Positions 1 through 11,800 of a DNA stretch of 64,000 nucleotides are shown here, piece after piece. The notes under the pieces were generated by a model, which saw only the letters and a program-made list of their open reading frames with translations, did no database searches and was not told the DNA's origin. Location: positions 19,902,001-19,966,000 of the forward strand of contig OX597829.1 in the NCBI GenBank assembly GCA_951406725.2. The letters are read 5' to 3'. Source of the DNA: Octopus vulgaris (Eukaryota). Numbering within the stretch: the stretch's first letter is position 1; each line of letters begins with the position of its first letter. The translations under genes were made by a program, and so were the position numbers.

Positions 1-1167
1 AACAAGAACCCCTGGTTCCAGACGCCATTTTGGGATTTTCATCCACGCATGTGCAGGGATTAGTCTTCCGGAAGCCCCTTATGCACATGCACAGTTATCA
101 GCAGCAAGCTAGGCTTGACCGCTATTCTCTCTCTTCACCTTTGCTGCCGACCGAGACAGACGCAACCAGACCAGCTCCGTGTGATGGCGATCCACAACTT
201 CAGCGAATCTGTAATTAAACCGACTCTGCTGCTTCCACCACCACTACCCCCACCACCCCAGCGACCAGGTTACCAATGTCCAGAGATGAAATACTTATTT
301 CGGTGAAATAAATTATTATTGTTATTTGTTCAGAGATTCTTGTTCTCACTATTTTCCTTTCCACGACTATGTTAGGAATTGTGAGGCACCCATCCAGTGC
401 CAACATCATTTCCTACATACTCTTTTCAGGATGCTGTTTGCTGAAACTCACTTAATGAACATTTCTTTTATTATTCTTCACTCCCTAAACTTGGAATTAG
501 GCACTCTAAACCATTGTATCCTCTCAATATCTTTTGGAGTCACATTTTCTCTTTGACTCCACCTCGCTGTTTCTGATGTCACATAAAAAGAACCCAGTTC
601 ACTCTGTAAAGTGGTTGGCATTAGGAACAGTATACGGCCATAAAAACCATACCAGACAGACCTAAGTAGCACCCAGCATATTCCACTCTGTAAAGTAGGT
701 GGCATCAAGAAACTATGTCAAAGCAGACCTCACCAGTGTTGGTGCCATGTAAAAGATGCCCAGAACACTCTGTAAAGTGGTTGGCATTAGGAAGGACATC
801 CGACTGTGAATTAAAACCATTCCAAAGTAGACAGTGGAGCTTGATGCAGTCATTTGACTTGCTAGACCCTGCCCAAGCTATTAAATGATGATGATGATGA
901 TGATGAAGCTTCAAAAAATGAAATAAAAGACACTACAATTGACCAAACTTTGAAATTTTCATCAGAAGCTTACAGAAGTCTAGCTTTCAGCTGAAGGAAT
1001 TCACAGCATTTGTTGCATTTGCCATTGCAAAATTTCTATAGTTCTGATTTTTAAGTGTATTAGTAAATTTAGCTTAAGTCTTATGTGCAAGTAGGAATGT
1101 AGATTATGTTCAATTAAATAAATATGTAAAGTCTAATGTTTATACTTAAAAGTTAAATAAGAGTAAC

Positions 1168-1577
1168 GGATCTTTTCGGTTTGATTGGCAGTTTTTTCTA
1201 GCGGTGTCATATGAAATTGTCACCCATAATTATGACCCTAGTATCGATCTATTGCATTTCAATCTGTTTTAGGGTTAGGGTTAAGGGGGGGGTATCTTTT
1301 TTACTTCACAAATGTAAATAAACCCAATCTGTTTTTTAAACGAGGGTCATATTCATACGGCACAGAATATTTCCCCCTAAAATAGACGTCATTGATTGGT
1401 TGAAATTGCAGAAATTGAAGAAAAAAACAACAAATATCTTACAAACTATAGAATTTTCTCAATAAAGACAAGAGAAAAAGATGTTTTATAAACATATTCT
1501 ACCAGTATACGAAATTTAAAAGTGTTAAGTTACGTGGAAATTATTTTTAAAAACTGCCGTTCAAACCGAAAAGATCC
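1168..1577. mobile_element. Non-autonomous DNA transposon (MITE) with GG-initiated TIRs and 8-bp TSD (Merlin- or hAT-type)
   Basis: TIRs GGATCTTTTCGGTTTGA..GGCAGTTTT / AAAACTGCC..TCAAACCGAAAAGATCC; exact flanking duplication AGAGTAAC at 1160-1167 and 1578-1585; internal TTAGGGTTAGGG. Confidence 0.85.
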
Positions 1578-2378
1578 AGAGTAACTTATAAACTAGAAAC
1601 GTTCATCTATTATGAAAACAGAATATGATATAAAAAAATATATTAAAAGCTTATTTCAAGAGAGACTGAGCGAATTACAGAGTTCTGTGCATAGTCATCC
1701 AACCTGCTAGAAACAGCATCTAAATCTCACTCACATTACATCCTACCATAACACAAACAATAAGATTATCGGTCATAATAGAACTCCAGAATATAATATA
1801 CATTACGGAAATTTAGCTGGCAATTTTTTTCTTTCATATTTAATTTTTTATCTACATGTTTACCACCGAAAGTTAATTTTTTTAAAGTGAAATAAATAGG
1901 TTAGTGTGCCCTACATTTCTGACAGCTTGCAGCTTAAGTTTTTCCGACTTGCATATATTCTTCCTCACTTTAATATAATGAATATATCAGTTGTTTTTCT
2001 ATACAATCTCAATAAAATAAGCAGCAATCTCTCTCTTGTATATATAATTTTTTTTTGTGGTAATTTAGTATTATTTTTAACATAATTTAAATTATAACAT
2101 TATGGTTGTGTAAATTAAGCGTTCGATTCCTCGTTTCAGTGATTCTTGACTAGTATATAGGTAATATTTGCAACATTTTCTGTCAGCAATAATATCATTC
2201 TGTTTCTTTTTATGCATGCAACAATTTAGCCATGAAAGGAAATTGAAGACATCGTTTAATATACACATTTATAGTATTTGCAAGAAAAACGAAATCAAAG
2301 ACGAAGTCGATTAGAAGTAGATGTATAGTTTATTCCCATTATTCATAAGACAATTGCATGACAAATAAATAACTTCAA

Positions 2379-2493
<115 letters not shown>

Positions 2494-3529
2494 GACATAC
2501 AGACTGATAATAAGAAAGAATTGCTTCCTTCTCATGATCTATACTCCTCCAACAACTCGATCATCGTATTTAAAGATATAGATATATAATCAAAGTTGAT
2601 ACCAGTTGTTTTGCCTGTTTAACATATTCATCCCTTCATGTATCATCACCATCATCATCATTTAAGTCCATCTTCCATGCTGGCAAAGGATGGATGGTTT
2701 GACTGGAGCTAGTAAGCCAGAAGGTTGCACTAAGCTCCACAGTCAGTTTTGGCATAACTTATACAGCTGGGTGCCCTTCCTAACATCAACCACTTTACAG
2801 AGTGGACTGGGTGCTTTTTGCATGGCACCAGCCATTGCAAGGTCAGTTTTGTCTTGGTTTTTATGACCAGATAACATAGTGGACTGGATGCTCCAGCACC
2901 ATCTGCAGCAAGGTCACCAGGTAACTTGCAAGACAAAGGTCCTTGTTGTGGGGAGCACTGAAAGAGGTGGATTTTTATTACAGGTAATGAGATATTAGAG
3001 CAGAACAGAGGGACAGAAACAGGTGTCTTGCTGGAGAGGAGATACATGGTTACCCCAGACAGGAGGAGGAAGAGGCAACACACACACACACACAGTTAAC
3101 AAGGGAGATGTTCACTTTCTCTGGCAATGTGCCAAGACATATTCTCCAGGTACAAGGATGAGAATATAAACGGGATGGTAGAGGATCGCCCAGACTGCAT
3201 GAGTAGAGAGTTCACATGAATCCAGGCAGAGTAGGGAGGAGAGGATTGGGTTGCAGGAGTGGGGAGGGAGAGATAAACATAGTACATGACGAAGGGGAGA
3301 TGTAAGGAAGAGAAGATGAGATGTAGTTTGGTTTCTTGAGGTAGTTTGTGTGAAAAATTTAATGCTACATGTGCGATGGAGTACACAGCATTCCCAGAAC
3401 TCAGTTTTGCTAAGGTTGGTGGGTCTTCCCAAGAACCTCATATCACTAGATATTTCAGTCCATAATCATCTCCTCTGTGAAGCCCAACATCTTGAGATTG
3501 CCCCTCACTACTTCATTCAATGTCTTCCT

Positions 3530-3860
3530 GACTCTTCCCCTTCTAAAAGGTGCCATCTACTATAAGAGATCAGCACTTCTTTATACAACTGTTTTCATTT
3601 TTATATATCACATGTCCAAATGACACATATGCATGCTGCATCCGATTCCTCTTATGCCCAACTTTTCTCTCAGCATATTTTCACTTTGTCGTACATGCAC
3701 ACTGATGTTGCATATCCACTGGAGCATATCAGCTTCATTCTTTTCTATTCTATGCGTGTCTTCTGAATTCAGAACCCATGTCTCACTAGCACGGAATATA
3801 GCCATTCATCATTCATACACAAACATCACACAACCTGACTTATACTCTGAGGGAACAATG
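3530..3860 (-). mobile_element. Decayed RTE LINE ORF2 C-terminal fragment
   Basis: ORF 3608-3805 (SETWVLNSEDTHRIEKNEADMLQWICNISV..LREKLGIRGI) parallels the C-terminus of the RTE at 16080-16260. Confidence 0.8.
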
Positions 3861-3864
3861 TTAG

Positions 3865-4300
3865 CTGTGAGGTAAGAAGCTTGCTTCCCAACCCCATGGT
3901 TTCAGATTCAGTTCACTGCATGGCACCTTGGGAAAGTGTCTTCTACTATAGACTCAAGCCAACTAGAGCATTGTGAGTGGATTTGGTAGACAGAAATTGA
4001 ATGAAGCCCATTGTTTATATGTATGCATATGTGTGTATGTGTGATTGTGTGTGTGTGAAAGAGAGAGAGAGAGTCTTTGTGTCTGTATTTGTCCACCCAC
4101 CTATCCACTGCTTAACGACCAGTATTGGTGTGCTTATATCCCTATAACTTTGCAGTTCAACAAAAGAGACTGATAGAATAAGTACTAGGCTTAAAAAGAA
4201 ATTAAGTACTGGGGTTGATTCATTCAAATAAAATTTTTTAAATCCTTCAAAGCAGTGCTCCATCTTGGCTGCAGTTTAATGACTGAAACTAGTAAAAGAC
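3865..4300 (+). mobile_element. tRNA-derived SINE, family A (octopus-type)
   Basis: Head GCTGTG.GGTAAGAAGCTTGCTTCCCAAC..GGTTCAG, internal microsatellite, tail TGACTGAAAC.AGTAAAAGA. Further copies at about 13520-14050(-), 25460-25820(+), 33572-33890(+), 34650-35060(-), 44400-44652(-), 45765-46210(-), 57840-58160(-), 59510-60555(-). Confidence 0.85.
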
Positions 4301-5060
4301 TGGGTGCTTGCAAGTTGCACTTGTTGTTAACCATGGTCAAGTGATTCACAAACAGTGTGGAGTTGTACCTGAGTGAATGTTGCTGTGTACATAGAAATGT
4401 TGTTGACATTTAGACGGAGACAACAGAGATGGAGGTCCTGATGCTGCTGGTGTTGTCTGTCGCTGTGTGCTCTGCAGTCAGTGGTTAGATCTTAGAAGGT
4501 CTAGAACCAAAGACCTCAACTCAATGAATTGCTGAAGTTTTATAGCAAATTATCAGCTCAAAACGGAGATTTAGAAGAGAATCTCTTGTAACCTTATCAG
4601 AAGGCTGAGATTGGTTGGGTTGCACATTGGCACGTAATAGAGCAAGAGACAAATTGCACCAACACCAACCAGTCAGAGCAGTGGACACAACAGGGTCCAA
4701 GCAGCCGAAGGCTAGCTGTCATCCACTATGTCCATATTTATGCTATATATAACAGAGAGAGAGAATTTCACTAAGTGTCCACTACACTCTTTTCAGGGTC
4801 AATAAATTAAGTACCAGTTGATCTAATTGACTTGCCCCGCCCCTCCCCCAAAATTTTAAGCCTTGTGCCTAGAGTAGAAAAGGATATCTAATAGAACCAA
4901 AACTCTTTACTGCTTTTCGAATGCATGATGCAATTTGCATGTCCAAAGTTCCTTTTGAATTAATCACGCTGTTGAGCATGTTTTGTTTTGTTTTGTTTTT
5001 TAAACTGGATATTTTTATATTTCTAAAATGTTTTAAACAGTTTTCTTATATATTCTTTAC

Positions 5061-5089
5061 CATCATCATTATCATCATTATCACCATTG

Positions 5090-5147
<58 letters not shown>

Positions 5148-5175
5148 CATCCTCACTAGCATCCTCATCGTCATT
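5061..5175. repeat. (CAT)n microsatellite, expanded tail of an RTE-tail repeat on the - strand
   Basis: CATCAT run adjoining TTTAAT..TCCATG..GGGTT.GA.GGTTTGAC, the reverse complement of the RTE 3' end. Confidence 0.9.
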
Positions 5176-5539
5176 TAATAACCCTGCTCCATGTTGGTAC
5201 GGGTTAGATGGTTTGACAGGATCTGATGGATTTCTGGGGACTGTGCCAAAGCATACACTGGAGCATCATGTTCTAAGTGCTCTTTTAATACCACTGGCAA
5301 TAGTGAGGGTGACATGCAGTTTGCAAGCCTATGAAACTCAAGGGAAGGGGCTTTATGCGATAAGATAAGAGTTAAGGTATAAGAGAAGGATGCTGGGCAG
5401 AACAGGTTCTTGTTGTGAGAGAGGGAGAGTGAGAAATTAATCATATGCTTCATAGTGCTAAATAGTGATGGTGAGGTGTCCAAGTGGAACTTCAAGGTAC
5501 AAGGGGGATAGGCATGAGAGGGAACATACACACAGACAC

Positions 5540-5700
5540 GGAATTCCAGCAGCCTGGTTCCCGCCTCATTGCAGGAACCAAAACCATAGCCACCGTGTAT
5601 GCCATGGAAGCCCCCTGCATCTTGTCCAACATGTCCATTGAAGTCACCAACCACAAAGAGACGGTCCTTGTCATTCATCAACAAGGTAGTCTGCAAGAGG
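5540..5700 (-). mobile_element. RTE LINE AP-endonuclease fragment
   Basis: LFVVGDFNGHVG..GIHGGYGFGSCNEAGTRLLEF contains the GDFN catalytic motif and the following NxxGxxLLEF motif of RTE endonucleases. Confidence 0.85.
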
Positions 5701-5729
5701 GTGTCATAAATTTGGTATATTACATATAT

Positions 5730-5937
5730 ACCCAGTCACAAAATTGAAAAAAAAATAGTGTAAAAGGTGCAAAATGTGTAGTAAACGAATATGATTAAAA
5801 AATGGGCATTGAATTTTCCAAGTCCTCTTCCTCCCCTCCCCCACCCCCGTTCTTCAGCATGTGGGTTTTTTTTCATATTCGTTTACAACACATTATTTTA
5901 CACCTGTTACACTTTTTTTTTCATCTTTTGACCAGGT
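5730..5937. mobile_element. Degenerate fold-back MITE
   Basis: Inverted arms, e.g. TGTGTAGTAAACGAATATGA vs TCATATTCGTTTACAACACA, and GTGTAAAAGGTG vs CACCTGTTACAC. Confidence 0.65.
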
Positions 5938-8900
5938 TTTAAACTAGAGATTAACCAAATATCTAAATAAGTAAAAAATTTATAAATTGTTTATTTGACA
6001 GCAGCTAATATATTTTTTAAAAAGTACAATATAATTGTAACATAACAAAAGTAAAAATAGCAATTGGTATAAAATTGCATCAATGACTTGAACTTGAATA
6101 AGTGGTTTCACATGAATGGGAATAAATTAAAAATAAAATTAATGTGCAGAAATGGAATAGTCCAGATGGATAATAAAAAATTAAATTAAAAAAAAGACTA
6201 TTGTCTATAAAGTATACAATGTAGAGAAAAAAGAATATTTGAACACCTGGAGGAAAGCACCTTCGAAAAGTGTCTTAGTACAACTATGAAAGAAATGTAA
6301 TCAGAGGCGGTAAATTCGCCACAATAGAAGCAAGGTTTGAGTCAACGGAGCGTGCAAGGGAGTACTCGACTTGAACTTGCGAAGTGGAAATATTTTATTT
6401 TTACCTTTATATCTGGGACGTAGGACGTCCCGGATAAAAATTAAAAATGCCCCCCACCCCCAGAAGTAGAGGTAGGCTGGATTGTAGCCACACTTCTATA
6501 CAAGAGGGAGGACAAGATACAATTGATCGAAATTACAATTCCAGTCTGTTATATATTTTGAGTATTGTTATCACTAGCGATATCAAGATATAACTTTGTA
6601 TTTTGTATTTTATGTGTAGATGTATATATATATAGATGTACATGTAATATGAACACATATATATACACATATATACATGCACTAGCACTATGACCCGGCA
6701 ACGACGGGTCATAATGCTAGTATATATATATATGAACACGTATACATACATATATATACACACACACACATACATGCATATTTATATATATATGTATGTG
6801 TGTGTGTGTGTGTGTGCATATATATCATCATCATCATCATCATCATCGAAGCTGGCATGGGTGGGACAGTTTCTCAAGAGGCAGAAACCGTCACCAGACT
6901 TCTGTAACTGTTTTGACAGGATTTTTACAGCTGGATGCCCTTCCTAACACTAACCATTCTACAGAGTGAACTTAGTGCTTTTTACGTGACACAAGCACAG
7001 GCAAGGTCAGTTTTGGCAAGGTTTTTACAGCTAGATGCCCTTTCAAATGCTAAACACTTTGCCATGTGGACTGGGTACTTTTAAGTGGCACCTGCACTGA
7101 CAGGGTCACCACGTACGCACTGGCAAGACGAAAAAAAACCCTCTTTTGAGAGGGCAGGGTGCATTGGAGGAGGTGATTTGTGTTGGATGATGAAAGCTTA
7201 TAGTGAGGCAGAGAGACAGAAATAGGTGTCTTGCTGTAGAGGAGGTGCAAGGTTATCCAACCGAGAGGAGGCAGAGAGAGAGAGCAGGAATGGAGACAAA
7301 AACAGGTGCGCTGCTGCAAAGGAAATACATGGCTATCCAACCTGAGGGAGGTGCAGGAGAAGGAGAGAAAAAGGGAGAGAGACAGCAGGATAGAGATGGT
7401 GGCAAAGTGCTGGCTATATGCAATGATACAGTGAGACAGGGCATGGGTGGAATATGCAGGTTGGAAGCTAGCAGATAGCAATGATACAGTGGCACAGGGT
7501 CAAGTAAATAGGATTGGGGAATGGGATGTAAGCCTGGTGCATGAAGTGGATATGTGAGGAAGGGAAGAGTTTGGTAGTTTGGTTTGTTGTTGTAGAGTGT
7601 GTAAGAAATTTTCTTGTTAAGTGTGGGTGGGACACATACACATATATATATCTATATATACATATGAACTAGAACATCACTTTCTGGTTTTGCACTTGAA
7701 GGTGAAAAAAATAATTCTTTGTGGCTGCGTGACTGTTTAGAGTGTAGGTGGTATGATTTTGGGGTGCTTTTACAGTGTGGGCGAAGTATAAAGACTATTA
7801 TTGCCTGTGTGGTGAGTTAGTTCATGATGGACGCTGATGTGAATGGACAGAAATGGTGTCTGCTGGAAGACACTGTGCGACATCGAGATCTGATATGATG
7901 GAAGCTGACATGAGCGGTTTTATGTAGTAGTCGGTGCCATGCGGTTGATATGAGGAATGGATGTGAGATAATACCAGGAAATTTGTATGGAATTGTTGAC
8001 AAAATATTTGATGTCAAGTGTGAAGTTGGTTTCAGCAGTTAATGTGAATAGTAGATGGTTTTGAACTTGCTGCGAAACTAGGGTGAACTTGGCAATGTAA
8101 AGAATGCAGAATGGTACCATGAATTAAAAAAAATATATATATGGCTCCCCGTGCTGGTGACACGTAAAAAGCACCATCCAAACATGGTCGATGCCAGTCT
8201 TGCCACCCCGACAGGCTCCTCTGCCAGTAGCACATAAAAGCACCATCCAAACATGGCCGATGCCAGTGGCACATAAAAAAGCACCCACTACACTCTCAGA
8301 GTGGTTGGCATTAGGAAGGGCATCCAGCTGTAGAAACACTACCAGATCAGACTGGAGCCTGGTGCAGCCACCTGGCTTGCCACTCCCCAATTAAACTGTC
8401 CAACCGATGATGATAATGATGATGATGATGATGACGAAATCAAGCTCACCAAAAGAAGTCTATACATTTGAGATAAATGAAAGAACTCTCTTAAAACTCT
8501 CTAAATAACTGTCTATTTATTCCATAACTGTTTATTCGCCTCTTTATTAAAGTTCTTTTATTTTGGTTAAACTCAACAGTTTTGTTTGTTATTTTCAACT
8601 CTCCTAACTTCTTTGACTGCTGCTTCTTCTGCTCTAAGCAAGTTAGTTTGCTGAGTTCATCTACGGTCTTCTGAGCTATCAGATACAAGACTATTGGAAC
8701 CTGTTAGCACTATCAGAAGGTCACATGAGGCATAACAATTATATATGATTAGCTACATTCAGTTTCTGTCTATCAAATACACTCACAAAGCTTTGATTGA
8801 CCCAAGGTTATAGTAGAAGACACCTGTCCATGGTGCCATACAATGAAAGCCAACCCAAGACCATATGATTAGGAAGCAATTTTCTTATCATACAGCCATG

Positions 8901-9009
8901 CCCATGCCTAAACTGCCATTCCTACACAAGTCACTACTGGTAGTGAAGACATCTTATTCTTCAAGATTTTTAATTAAGGGGAAAAAAAAATAGTAAAAAA
9001 AACTTTAGC

Positions 9010-9650
9010 ATAAGAAATCCTTTCTACAAGGCCTGAACTTTTGGGGATGGGAGACAGTCGATTACATCAACCCCAGTACTTTACCAATACGTTATTTTAT
9101 CTACCCTGAAAGGATGAAAGACAAAGTTAGCCTCGGCAGAATTTGAACTCCAAACATAAAAGTGGAAGAAATGCCTCTAAGCATTTTGTCTAGAGCAGTA
9201 ACAATTCTTATTTCTTTATTGCCCACAAGGGGCTAAACACAGAAGGGACAAACAAGGACAGACAAAGGGATTAAGTCGATTACATCGACCCCAGTGTGTA
9301 ACTGGTACTTAATTTATCGACTCTGAAAGGATGAAAGGCAAAGTCGACCTCAGCAGAATTTGAACTCAGAATGTAACGGCAGATGAAATACCTAGTTTCT
9401 TTACTACCCACAAGGGGCTAAACACAGAGGGGACAAACAAGGGCAGACAAACGGATTAAGTCGATTACATTGACCCCGGTGCGTAACTGGTACTTAATTT
9501 ATCGACTCTGAAAGGATGAAAGGCAAAGTCGACCTCGGCGGAATTTGAACTCAGAACGTAACGGCAGACGAAATACCACAAAGCATTTTACCCGGCATGC
9601 TAATGTTTCTGCCAACTCACCGCTGGCTGTAACAATTCTGCCAGCTCAAT
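9010..9650 (-). mobile_element. Tandem array of tRNA-derived SINE family B (OR-like)
   Basis: Three repeats of CCCCAG..CTGGTACTT..GAAAGGATGAAAGGCAAAGTCGACCTCGGCGGAATTTGAACTCAGAAC; B-box GAGTTCAAATTC on -. Confidence 0.85.
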
Positions 9651-10539
9651 ACCCTCATGATTAATTCTCAAAATGTAATTCGTATAAGAAGAAACAAGCT
9701 GTTACTTAACAACAGCAAAAGATTTATATATTTTTCAACTGTTTTTGTCTTTGCTGATGCCAACACTAAATATAAAAGCAAGAAATATGAAATAATGTCA
9801 ATGTGTGAAATATATACATAAATAAATAAGTGTAATTTAATAATCTTTCTATGCAAAGCAATACTGTATGACAAAAAGCTTTACCTTGAAGCTGTTGCCA
9901 CCCAGCATGAGTATTTGCTGCCTCGCAGCATTTAACTAATAACCTTTCACATTTTATTTGTACATAATCACAGGGGTTATTGAAAATAAAAATAATATTC
10001 CTTTCTATTAAAGGCACAAGGCCTGAAATTTTGGGGGAGGGGCAGGTTGATTATATATCAACCCCAGTACATAACTGGTACTTATTTCATTGACACCGAA
10101 ACGATGAAGCTGACCTCAGTGGAATATGAACCCAGAACATAAAGACAGACAAAATTACTGTTAAGCATTTTGACCAGCATGCTAACGATTCTGCCAAAAA
10201 CCAAAGAATTCAAATGGTTTATGAATTCTCTAGTTTATTATTTATTTGGCCCTTTATATTTATTTATTTATTTTTTGCATCATTTGGTACATCATTATTC
10301 AAATTTATATTCTTCATCCATGCCATTAGCTCATTTCAGTTATTTCCCTTAGCTCAGTCATCACCACCACCACCACCTCTACCACCACAACCACCACTGC
10401 CATCATCGTTACTTAATGTCCAGTTTTCCATGCTTGCATGGATATGATGGAATTTGCTGAGGCAGATTTTCTACAGCCAGATGGATGTCCTTCCTGTCAT
10501 CAATTCTGTCCAAGTAAGGTTAATATTTCCCCACAGCTA

Positions 10540-11090
10540 AGGCGGCAAGCTGGCAGAAATGTTAGCACACCAGGCGAAATGCTTAGCGGTATTTTGTCTG
10601 CCACTACGTTCTGAGTTCAAATTCTGCTGAGGTCAACTTTGCCCTTCATCCTTTTGGGGTTGATTAAATAAGTACCTCTCCTCTCTGTGCTTAGCCCATT
10701 GTGGGTAGTAAAGAAATAGGTATTTCGTCTGCCATTACATTTTGAGTTCAAATTCTGCTGAGGTCGACTTTGCCTTTCATCCTTTTAGGGTTGATTAAAT
10801 AAGTACCAGTTACGTACTGGGGTCGATGTAATCGACTTAATCCGTTTGTCTGTCTTTGTTTGTCCTCTCTATGTTTAGCCTCTTGTGGGCAATAAAGAAA
10901 AAAGAAATGTTAGCATGTCGGGTGAAATGCTTAGCTGTATTTCTGAGTTCAAATTCCGCCGAGGTCAACTTTGCCTTTCATCCTTTCAGGGGTCGATAAA
11001 TTAAGTACCATTTGCACACTGTGGTTGATCTAATTGACTGGCCCCATCCTCCAAAAATTTTGGGCCTTGTGCCTTGAGTAGAAAAGAATA
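10540..11090 (+). mobile_element. Tandem array of SINE family B
   Basis: Head AAGGCGGCAAGCTGGCAGAAATGTTAGC..GAGTTCAAATTC repeated three times. Other copies at about 12480-12705(-), 35310-35870(+), 45275-45500(-), 55260-55450(-), 55710-55935(-), 59110-59315(-). Confidence 0.85.
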
Positions 11091-11590
11091 TTTCCCCACA
11101 GCAGGATGTGTTTTTCACAGAATACTGGAAACAAACAACCTCACATGCATGACAGTTTTTTCCCATATATGACCATTGAGTGATGTCTTGACAAGAGTAC
11201 ACATAAACACAATTACACACGTGCACACACACACACAGAGTTTCTCTCTCTCACTCGCACACATATAACACATACATAAATAGCATGCAACTTCTAGTGG
11301 ATACTTACTACAGATTGACAGAAATACACCTTTAGCAATGCCATTGCCACTGCTGAATGATTTTCCTCTGCTTCTAATATATTTTAGTGTGTTTTAACAC
11401 TATACATCTATAACAGATACTATCACTGACTAATAAATTTATCAGGCTTTCCAATGATGTTTTTGCTTTAAGTATGATACACAGATTTCTATTTTGAACT
11501 AACATTCATGACAAATACACGCACACACACAAACATTTACATTAGTTACGTTCTCCTCCAATTTGTGGAGCTTAGTTACTATATTCTTAA

Positions 11591-11800
11591 CCCTTTTGTT
11601 ACTGTATTTATTTTGAGATGCTCTGTGTTTCTTTCAATTACTTTAAATATAACAAAGAATTTAGTAAAATAACTTAGTTATCATTCAGCTGGTGTTAGGA
11701 ACATAAAGTGTGACTAAGATTTGGTGGAAAATTTTAATTCAAAACTTATAAAAACAAAGCATTTGTACTCAGAGCCAGAGCCAGTTTGGGAACGAAAGGG
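11591..11800. mobile_element. piggyBac-type MITE
   Basis: TTAA|CCCTTTTGTT ... AACGAAAGGG|TTAA: CCC/GGG termini with TTAA target duplication. Confidence 0.8.

Noticed and set aside
6230-6520. CpG-containing block with a small hairpin (TATCTGGGACGT-AGG-ACGTCCCGGATA, 6410-6436)
   Set aside because: Frames are broken; probably a retroelement remnant; nothing assignable.
8491-8688. Lys-rich minus-strand ORF
   Set aside because: No convincing splice sites or recognisable homology; likely decayed TE or chance.
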